Assembly: GCA_044344255.1 (NCBI GenBank)
Contig: JBIJDH010000004.1
Span: forward strand, 1 to 64,000
DNA: 64,000 bases
Origin: Myxococcota bacterium
GTDB taxonomy: Bacteria > Myxococcota_A > UBA796 > UBA2385
Direction of reading: 5' to 3'
Part shown: piece by piece, positions 57,016 to 64,000 of the stretch
Layout of the letters: each line of letters starts with the position of its first letter
Numbering within the stretch: the first letter of the stretch is position 1
The notes under the pieces: generated by a model
What the model was told of the DNA's origin: nothing
The model's input: the letters and a program-made list of their open reading frames with translations, nothing else
Databases searched by the model: none
Made by a program: the position numbers and the translations under genes

Positions 57016-57317
57016 TGTCTCCAATCCAGGGCGTCAGCCCTATCGTTTCTCCGTTCGCTGTCGGGAGCCCCCTCGCAGTGGAGCGCGGCGCCCGCGGGGC
57101 CAGCTTCGCAGTCCAGCTCGAGTCGGCGGTGGACACGGTCTCGTTGAAGGCCAACGCGGCTGACGATGCCGTCGCGGCCTTGGCCGCGGGGGAAGACGTC
57201 GACATTCACACGTCGATGATCGCCCTCTCGGAGGCCGAGGTCACCTTGAAGATGATGGTGGCCGTCCGTGACCGTGCCGTCGAGGCCTACCAGCATATCA
57301 TGAACATGCAGATATGA
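57012..57317 (+). CDS. fliE: Hook-basal body protein FliE
   Basis: DIHTSMIA..EAEV.L..M.AVRDR.VEAYQ.IMNMQI. Confidence 0.94.
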   Translation: MMSPIQGVSPIVSPFAVGSPLAVERGARGASFAVQLESAVDTVSLKANAADDAVAALAAGEDVDIHTSMIALSEAEVTLKMMVAVRDRAVEAYQHIMNMQI

Positions 57318-57462
57318 CCGGGCGGGATGGGGGCGCGGGGGTGTCGTTCGATGGACCCTGCGCTGCGTGCTGTCGGTGACAGATTGATGGTGTAGGCTCT
57401 CTTTTTGTCCGTCTCGGTCGTTGTTAGGGTCTCGTCATCCGCGTATTTTGAGGCTGCTCGTC

Positions 57463-59112
57463 TTGGCCAGCGCGATTGAACAGTTTCGTGCGTACTACGC
57501 CGGTTTGCAGCCCGGCCAACGCGGCGTCTTGCTCGGCGCAGCGCTGCTCTCCATTGCCTCGCTGGTCGGCGTGGGGTGGTGGAGCTGGGGAGACCGGTAC
57601 GAGGTCGTTTATTCGGCGAACGATCCCCTCGACGTCCAAGAGGTGGTGTCGGCCCTCGAGACCCAGAACATCCCCTTCCGGATCGTCGAGAGCGGGCGCG
57701 CCATCGAGGTCCTCCCCGAGGATCTGGGCCGCGCGCGCATCGCCGGTGCCGCCGCGGGGAAGGTTCTGGGCTTCGAGGTGCTCGACAGCATCGAGCTCGG
57801 CAGCTCGCCCCAGCGGGAGCGGTGGGCCTTCCAGCGGGCGCTCCAAGGTGAGCTGGTGCGCACCATCAGCGCCCTGGATCAGGTGGAGTGGGCCAGGGTC
57901 CACCTCGCGCTCCCCGATCGCACCGCCTTCCTCCGGGATGAGACGCCCCCTTCGGCGAGCATCACGGTCAAGCTGCGACCGGGCGCGGTGCTCAGCGCCG
58001 CGGAGGTCCGCGGGATCACGGCCCTGGTCTCGGGCGCCGTCGATGGGCTGCACTCCAATGATGTCGTCCTGGTCAACCAAGACGGGGCCCTCCTGTCGGG
58101 CGGTGACGAGGAGGCCGCGGAGGCGGCGCTCGGCGGCGGTCCGGCCCTTATGGGCCTGCGCACCACCGAGGAGAAGCGCACACGGAACGCGATCCGGGAC
58201 GCCCTCACCCGCGTCCTCGGCTCGCCGGACGACATCACGGTCGGAGTCACGGTCGATGTCGCCGCCTCTTCGATCGACCAGTTCACGCGCAGCAAGGATC
58301 CAGACAGCCAGGTGCTGATCTCGGAGACGATCCGGGAGCAGTCGGGTGAGTCGGTCAAGCCGGGCGGGATCCCAGGCACCGCGAGCAACCTCCCCGAGCA
58401 GGGCGGCTCCTCGGCGGCCACCTCGAAGGAGTCGCTGCAGGAGCAGCGGTCGAACTTCGACTACACCACGGTCGAGACCCGCGAGCAGTCCTCAGCCGGC
58501 GCCGTGAAGCGGCTCAGCATCGGCGTCTTCGTCAATTCAGACCGCATCGTCGCCCTCGCCACCGCCGTCGCCACCGCGGCGAACGCGGGCAAGGCGCCGG
58601 ACGCCGCCGCGATCCAGGCCCAGATCGACGCGATTCAGAAGCAGGTCGAGGACACCGTGCGCGTCGCGGCTGGCTACAACAAGGAGCGCGGCGACAGCGT
58701 TCAGGTCAGCTTCGTCCCCTTCTCGGCCACCGCCGACGTCGGCTCGACGCCCTCCGAGGAGCCCGCCGCGCTGGTGGCGCTCGAGCGCTACCTGCCCTAC
58801 CTCATCGTCCTCGTCGCCATGGCGCTCCTGTTCTGGTTCGTGATTCGGCCCCTCGTGGGCGCCGTGACGCGGGCTTCGGGCGGCGGCGGCCTCCAAGCCT
58901 TGGAGGCGGGGGCGATCGGCCTCGATGGACGACGGATCCTGGACGGCCCAGGCGCCGCCCGCACCGACGCGGCGGGGCGCAACCTCACGGAGCGCCTCCG
59001 CGCCATGGTAGACAACTTCGAGACGGTGGACGCTGCCGATCTCAACCGTCTGGTCGATCTGGAGCAGGAAGCCACCGCTCAAGTCCTCCGGCGGTGGATC
59101 CGCGAGAGCTGA
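57463..59112 (+). CDS. fliF: MS-ring protein FliF
   Basis: GFE.LD, RALQGELVRTI, ARVHLALP, PSASITVKL, LVSGAVDGL...V..V.Q.G, PGTASN, RLSIGV; two TMs; start uncertain (57421/57463). Confidence 0.94.
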   Translation: MASAIEQFRAYYAGLQPGQRGVLLGAALLSIASLVGVGWWSWGDRYEVVYSANDPLDVQEVVSALETQNIPFRIVESGRAIEVLPEDLGRARIAGAAAGKVLGFEVLDSIELGSSPQRERWAFQRALQGELVRTISALDQVEWARVHLALPDRTAFLRDETPPSASITVKLRPGAVLSAAEVRGITALVSGAVDGLHSNDVVLVNQDGALLSGGDEEAAEAALGGGPALMGLRTTEEKRTRNAIRDALTRVLGSPDDITVGVTVDVAASSIDQFTRSKDPDSQVLISETIREQSGESVKPGGIPGTASNLPEQGGSSAATSKESLQEQRSNFDYTTVETREQSSAGAVKRLSIGVFVNSDRIVALATAVATAANAGKAPDAAAIQAQIDAIQKQVEDTVRVAAGYNKERGDSVQVSFVPFSATADVGSTPSEEPAALVALERYLPYLIVLVAMALLFWFVIRPLVGAVTRASGGGGLQALEAGAIGLDGRRILDGPGAARTDAAGRNLTERLRAMVDNFETVDAADLNRLVDLEQEATAQVLRRWIRES

Positions 59113-59124
59113 GGATTACGGTCG

Positions 59125-60141
59125 ATGGCGCAGGCGAACAATCAGGAGACCCAGCTCAGCGGCGCGGAGCGCGCGGCGATCCTCGTGATGTACCTCGACC
59201 GCGAGATCGCGAAGGGGCTGCTGCGCTCGCTCGATGACGAGGAGGTCCGCTCGGTCGGGCTCGCGATGGGGCGGATTGAGTCGGTGGAGCCGGCGCTGAT
59301 CGAGCGGGTCATCGGCGAGTTCGTCAAGGATCTCCACGAGGTCAGCGTCATGCCGAAGTCCGGCGCAGACTTCGTGGCCCAGGTGCTGCCTGAGCTGCTC
59401 GACGACGAACGGAAGCGCGACCTCATCCCGATGATCCACCGTCGCACCAACCGCGACTTCGAGCAGTTCATCACAGCCCGGCAGCCCTCCAGCGTAGCGG
59501 CGCTGCTGAAGGATGAGCTGCCCCAGACCCAGGCGGTGGCGCTCTGCCTGATGGGCCCCGACAACGCGGCCCGGGTCCTGAAATTCCTCCCCGAGGAGGA
59601 CCGCAATAAGATCACCGTGCGGATGGCGCGGCTGAAGCGCATCCCCGGCGAGCTGGCCGACGACGTGATCGCGGCCCTGCGGGCGGCCCTCGGCAAGCAA
59701 GCCGACCACCTCGACGTGGGCGGCGTCGATCGCACAGCCCGGATCCTCGGCAAGATGACCCGGGTGGAGAAGGGCAAGATCCTCGAGGGGGTCTCCGAGC
59801 GGGAGCCCGATCTCGCCGACGCCCTCCGCCGCCGGATGATCGTCTTCGAGGATCTCTCCCAGCTCACGAACATGGCCATCCAGGTCGTGCTCAAGAACGT
59901 CGATCGCGACGACCTCGTCGCCGCGCTGAAGGGCGCCAAGCCCGAGATGCAGGACTTCTTCCTCGCTGCCGTGTCGAGCCGCGCCGCCCAGGACATCCGC
60001 GAGGAGATGGAGCTGCCGCTCCCCGTGGCCAAGTCTCGCGTACGCACCGCCCAGGAGCGCATCGTCGCGGCTGCGCTCAAGCTGGCCGAGGAGGGCGCCA
60101 TCTTCTTGCCGATGGGCGCCGATGACGATGAGCCTGAGTAG
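59125..60141 (+). CDS. fliG: C-ring rotor protein FliG
   Basis: LSGAERAAIL, E.PQT.A..L, GG...A.IL, M.VFEDL, SSRAA..I.EEME, AQ..IV. Confidence 0.93.
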   Translation: MAQANNQETQLSGAERAAILVMYLDREIAKGLLRSLDDEEVRSVGLAMGRIESVEPALIERVIGEFVKDLHEVSVMPKSGADFVAQVLPELLDDERKRDLIPMIHRRTNRDFEQFITARQPSSVAALLKDELPQTQAVALCLMGPDNAARVLKFLPEEDRNKITVRMARLKRIPGELADDVIAALRAALGKQADHLDVGGVDRTARILGKMTRVEKGKILEGVSEREPDLADALRRRMIVFEDLSQLTNMAIQVVLKNVDRDDLVAALKGAKPEMQDFFLAAVSSRAAQDIREEMELPLPVAKSRVRTAQERIVAAALKLAEEGAIFLPMGADDDEPE

Positions 60142-60167
60142 CCCGCTCCGCGAGGGGAGCTCAGCCC

Positions 60168-60881
60168 GTGGCTGATCCCTTCGTCCCCTTCCGGAAGCAC
60201 GCCGGCTTCACCTCGACGCCCATCCCTTCGGGCCCGGCGGTGGACGTGGTGGTGCCGATCCGCGCCGACACCCGGCTGGAGATCCGACCGCTCCCGCGTC
60301 ATGACAAGACCCCCGAGGTCACCGCCCCACCGCCGCCGCCGCCTGGCCCTACCAAGGAGGAGGTGGCCCGGATGGTCGCCGCTGCCGAGGAGAAGGCTCG
60401 GCGGGCCGCCCAGCTTGAGGTCGACCAGATCAAGCGGTCCGCCGCCGAAGATCGCGCGCGGCTCGCGCTGATCGGCGATCAGGTCGCCGGGCTCCAGCTG
60501 GCCCTCGCCACCGAGGCGCGCGCCGAGATGGGGGAGCTCCTGATCCGCGCGGTCGAGCGACTCGTCGGCTCCGTGCCCGAGCTCCTCGCTGCGATGGTGC
60601 GCACGCGCTGTGGAGAGGTGGCGCAGCAGCTCGTCAGCGCGCGGCAGGTCGTGGTTCGGGTCCACCCCGACGACGTCGCGCTCGCCCAGGAGGCGCTCGG
60701 CCGCCGGGACGGCTGGCGGGTGGAAGGCGATCCCACGATCCGAGGCGGCTGCGTGGCCGAGACGGACAACGGACTGGTGGACGCCAGCCTCGACGCCGCG
60801 ATGGAGGCCCTCACCCAATCCGTGCTCTCCTGGCAGGCCGAGGTCGGCGCGGAGCCTGCGCGGAGAGAGGGGGGCCCTTGA
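60168..60881 (+). CDS. fliH: Flagellar export regulator FliH
   Basis: VRVHPDD, D.TI.GGC.AETDNG.VDASL; position. Confidence 0.88.
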   Translation: MADPFVPFRKHAGFTSTPIPSGPAVDVVVPIRADTRLEIRPLPRHDKTPEVTAPPPPPPGPTKEEVARMVAAAEEKARRAAQLEVDQIKRSAAEDRARLALIGDQVAGLQLALATEARAEMGELLIRAVERLVGSVPELLAAMVRTRCGEVAQQLVSARQVVVRVHPDDVALAQEALGRRDGWRVEGDPTIRGGCVAETDNGLVDASLDAAMEALTQSVLSWQAEVGAEPARREGGP

Positions 60882-62278
60882 GCCTCTCCATCGGGCTCGA
60901 TCGGCTCGGCGGTTGGATCGACCAGCCGGCGCTCATCAAGCGCCGTGGCCGCGTCGTGCAGGTGATCGGGGGCGTGATCGAGGCCGACCTCCCAGGAGTG
61001 GCGGTGGGCGAGCTGACGCTCATCGGGCGTACACAAGCGGAGGTCATCGGCTTTCGAGAGCAGCGTGCGCTGCTGATGCCGCTCGGCTCGATGGAGGGCG
61101 TGGCCCACGGCACCGCGGTGGACGTGCAGAGCCGCCTGCTCCAGGTGCCGGTCGGCCCGGGGCTCCTCGGCCGCGTGGTGGATCCCCTCGGCCAGCCCCT
61201 CGACGGGCGCCCCCTGTCGAACGTCCCTCTGCGCCGTGGCCTCGACGGTCGCGCCCCCGATCCGATGCTCCGATCGCTCATTGAGCGCCCGCTGCTCACC
61301 GGGCTGCGGGTGATCGACGGCATGCTCACCCTCGGAGAGGGGCAGCGGATGTGCGTCCTCGCCGGCTCGGGCGTGGGAAAGTCGACCCTGATGGGGATGT
61401 TTGCCCGGAACAGCCAGGCCGAGGTGAACGTCGTCGCCCTCATCGGCGAGCGTGGGCGGGAGGTGCGGGAATTCCTGGAGCGGGATCTCGGGCCAGAGGG
61501 CCTCTCCCGCTCGGTCGTGGTGGTGGCCACCAGCGACTCCTCGCCGGTGTTGCAGGTCAAGACGCTCTTCTCCGCGCTGGCGATCGCCGAGCACTTCCGC
61601 GACGAGGGGCGGAAGGTGCTGCTGATGGTCGACAGCCTGACCCGCCTCGCGATGGCCCAGCGGCAGATCGGCCTCTCCGCGGGCGAGCCGCCGACCACCC
61701 GAGGCTACACGCCGAGCGTCTTCACGCTGATGCCTCGCCTGCTCGAGCGGGCCGGGCCGGGCGCGGGAAAGGGCAGCATCACGGGGATCTTCACCGTGCT
61801 GGTGGAGGGCGAAGACATGGACGACCCCGTCGCCGACACGGTGCGCGGTATCGTCGACGGGCACATCGTCCTGTCCAGAAAGCTGGCTAGTCATGGGCAT
61901 TATCCGCCGATTGACGTGCTCCCGAGCGTGAGCCGGACCATGCCCTCGACGGTCGGGGCCGACCAGATGGCCTGGGCCTCTCGCATTCGTGCCCTGATGG
62001 CCACGTACCGGGAGAACGAGGAGCTCATCCGGCTGGCGGCCTACAAGCGGGGCTCGGACGGGGAGGTGGACGCGGCCATCGACGCCAACGGAAAGATCAA
62101 CGCGTTCCTGCGTCAAGCGGTCGCCGAGAGCTGCGAGCTACCGGTCACGCTGCGGATGATGGAGGAGATCGCGGTGGGCGCGAGCCGCGGCGGCCCAGCG
62201 CCGGGCGCAGGAGCCGGCCGACCGGCCCCCCCCGTAAAAGGCGTGCGCCGCGCGACTCCGGACGTGCGGAAGACGTAG
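60878..62278 (+). CDS. fliI: Flagellar export ATPase FliI
   Basis: AGSGVGKST, LIGERGREVREF, DSLTR.A.AQR.IGL..GEPP..RGY, DGHIVLSR. Confidence 0.97.
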   Translation: MSLSIGLDRLGGWIDQPALIKRRGRVVQVIGGVIEADLPGVAVGELTLIGRTQAEVIGFREQRALLMPLGSMEGVAHGTAVDVQSRLLQVPVGPGLLGRVVDPLGQPLDGRPLSNVPLRRGLDGRAPDPMLRSLIERPLLTGLRVIDGMLTLGEGQRMCVLAGSGVGKSTLMGMFARNSQAEVNVVALIGERGREVREFLERDLGPEGLSRSVVVVATSDSSPVLQVKTLFSALAIAEHFRDEGRKVLLMVDSLTRLAMAQRQIGLSAGEPPTTRGYTPSVFTLMPRLLERAGPGAGKGSITGIFTVLVEGEDMDDPVADTVRGIVDGHIVLSRKLASHGHYPPIDVLPSVSRTMPSTVGADQMAWASRIRALMATYRENEELIRLAAYKRGSDGEVDAAIDANGKINAFLRQAVAESCELPVTLRMMEEIAVGASRGGPAPGAGAGRPAPPVKGVRRATPDVRKT

Positions 62279-62369
62279 TTTCGTGTGAGAATGGCCACGC
62301 TCTGAGGGGACCTGCTCCGCGCGGTTCCTGCGGTCGAGAGCGCCAAGGGAGGTTTTGTTGAGCGAGGTC

Positions 62370-62780
62370 ATGTCGACGCTCTCGCGCGTCCGTGAGATCC
62401 AAAAGAAGGTCTCGAAGCAGGCCTTTGCCTCGGCGGAGCGGTCACGGATCCTCCAAGAGGAGGCGGTAGACCAGCTCCAGGGGCACATCCTCCGCTCCCA
62501 CTCGGCCACCCCGAAGCCCGAGGCGTGGATGGTGGGCTGCGAGCACCGCTTCCGCGGGAAGCTGCGAGGGGATCTTGTGACGGAGCAGTCGGAGCTCCAT
62601 AGCCGCACGGAGGTGGTCGCCCAGCGCCGCTCCGAGCTGCAGGAGGCCAGCCGAGAGGCCCGCGTGGTCGAGCTCGCGATGGAGGCCCACCAGGAGATGG
62701 AGACGCTGTTCGAGCGAAGGGCCGACAACAAGCGGATCGATGACATGGCGGCGGTGCGTTGGTGGAGGGCCCAGGCATGA
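62370..62780 (+). CDS. fliJ: FliJ-like export protein
   Basis: L.RVRE N-terminus, coiled coil, K.IDDMA near C-terminus; follows fliI. Confidence 0.72.
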   Translation: MSTLSRVREIQKKVSKQAFASAERSRILQEEAVDQLQGHILRSHSATPKPEAWMVGCEHRFRGKLRGDLVTEQSELHSRTEVVAQRRSELQEASREARVVELAMEAHQEMETLFERRADNKRIDDMAAVRWWRAQA

Positions 62781-63331
62781 CGACGCGCTCGCGCTGGTCC
62801 GTCCTCGGGTTGATGCTGGGGGCCGCGGTGGGCCTCGGGGTCTCCTCGGTGGGCGCTCAGGAGGCCGCGTTCGGCCAGAGCGCCGAAGACGCCGTTCGGC
62901 CGTCCCCCGAAGCCGGCCGAGAGCAGGTCATGGCGCTGCTCGTCCGCAAGGAGAGCGATCTCGACCGGCGGGAGGCCACCCTCCTCGCCCGTGAGCAAGA
63001 CCTTCGAGCCGCGGAGGAGCAGGTCGGAAAGCGCCTCTCCGAGCTGCAGACCCTCCGGGATGACATCCGGGGCATGCTCACTGGCCTGGATGAGGAGCGC
63101 ACCGCGCGGGTGATGGGCCTCGTGAAGATGTTCGAGAGCATGCGGGCCGCGCAGGCCGCGGCGATCCTCGAGAAGACCGACGCCGACATCGCGCTCGCCG
63201 TGCTCTCGCGGATGAACAAGGGCAAGGCCGGCAAGGCGCTGGCGGCGATGACACCGGAGAAGGCTGCCTACTTCGCGGAGCGCCTGGGCGGGCCGGCCCT
63301 CTCCAGCGCCAAGCGCGCGGCGCCCCCGTGA
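62777..63331 (+). CDS. MotE/FlgY/YlxF-like periplasmic motor accessory protein (MgtE_N-like repeat)
   Basis: Signal peptide, coiled coil, LVKMFESM...AAAILE, L..M...KAGK.LAAM.PEKAA. Confidence 0.82.
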   Translation: MTTRSRWSVLGLMLGAAVGLGVSSVGAQEAAFGQSAEDAVRPSPEAGREQVMALLVRKESDLDRREATLLAREQDLRAAEEQVGKRLSELQTLRDDIRGMLTGLDEERTARVMGLVKMFESMRAAQAAAILEKTDADIALAVLSRMNKGKAGKALAAMTPEKAAYFAERLGGPALSSAKRAAPP

Positions 63332-64000
63332 TCGGCCTCGTGCTGTCGCAGGCGGTCGGGGTCCGGTTGGATCAGCCGCGCCCCTCCGTTATCGGCGCTC
63401 CTCTCGGCTTTGAAGGAGCGCTGGCCGAGGCGGTGCAGGGGGAGAGCTCCTCTCCCTCCGCCGCCCCCCTTGCGGGGGGGGCCGAAGGAGAGAGCCCGGT
63501 GGCGGGGAGCGGGAGCCGTGAGGGCCGGCCCCCCGCCGCGAGGACCAAGGGGCCGAGGTCTCCCCTCGAAACTGGAGGCGCCTCGCTCCCGCCGCCGACC
63601 TTCGCGCAGCTGCTGGCGGCTCAGGGCCACCTCGAGCCGCTCGAGCTGGAGCGTGTCGGCGGGGCGCGCTTCGAACGGGGGCCCGCGCCTCAGGGGGCCT
63701 TCGAGGCCCTCCTGGAGGGGGCGGACGGCGAGGCGCCCCCCGGCCCGTTCGCCGTCGATGGGCCTGCGATCGTCGTCGGCGTGGGCCTGGGAGCGGGACC
63801 GATGCTCGCCGGGCCTCCGCCTCTCGGCGCCGAGCGTGAGCGCTCGCCGGTCACTTCGGGGCGCCTCCGCGTCCCCGCCCGTGGAATGGACGCCGCGGCG
63901 GGGAGGGCCACGACGGATGGGCTCGGCGTCGAGGCCGCTCCGCAGGCGACGGTGGCCGCCCGGTTGGACTCGCCGCGCTCGATCCCGTGGGCGGCCCAGT
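63328..64000 (+). CDS. fliK: Probable hook-length control protein FliK, N-terminal part (truncated by window end)
   Basis: Frame from GTG 63328 (GTGA overlap) stays open to 64000; Pro/Gly/Ala low complexity with an FAQLL motif; expected position after fliJ-motE; diagnostic C-terminal domain not visible. Confidence 0.55.
   Translation, partial: MIGLVLSQAVGVRLDQPRPSVIGAPLGFEGALAEAVQGESSSPSAAPLAGGAEGESPVAGSGSREGRPPAARTKGPRSPLETGGASLPPPTFAQLLAAQGHLEPLELERVGGARFERGPAPQGAFEALLEGADGEAPPGPFAVDGPAIVVGVGLGAGPMLAGPPPLGAERERSPVTSGRLRVPARGMDAAAGRATTDGLGVEAAPQATVAARLDSPRSIPWAAQ

Noticed and set aside
57352..57366. Sigma54-like TGG-N10-GC upstream of fliF
   Set aside because: Only the minimal GG/GC spacing matches (TGGACC..CTGC), which is common by chance at this GC content
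38872..62278. Non-flagellar injectisome (as found in some myxobacteria)
   Set aside because: Rod, L/P rings, FlgK/L, flagellin, FliD and FliA/FlgM are present; no secretin, needle or translocon genes

Overview
High-GC bacterial chromosomal window. The gene content points to Myxococcota or a related deltaproteobacterial lineage (membrane Ser/Thr kinases, DUF2330 with a MYXO-CTERM-like tail, CotH, many orphan lipoproteins, a VWA adhesin); this taxonomy is inference only. Bases 1-38.7 kb hold the end of an rRNA operon (5S), two tandem initiator tRNA-Met genes, housekeeping genes (ebfC, bolA, mtnA, engB, rlmE, pepA, a two-component pair) and accessory envelope genes. The accessory genes include FG-GAP and beta-integrin-like VWA lipoproteins, an SdpA/SdpB(HTTM)-like pair with phoD, a tail-anchored pseudokinase and a GH3-GT2 operon. 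Bases 38.9-64 kb hold an apparently intact, single-strand flagellar supercluster (flhA-fliA-flgFGAHIJMNKL-fliCDS-[fliT-like]-OM beta-barrel-TPR-flgBC-fliEFGHIJ-motE-like-fliK...) that runs off the window end. Its unusual traits are a FlgJ-M23 peptidase fusion, FlgH without a lipobox, a minimal 276-aa flagellin, altered FliG switch motifs, no flhF/flhG/csrA/fliW at their usual positions, and an inserted OM-barrel plus PflA-like TPR module. All calls come from motif recognition by eye; no database searches were run.
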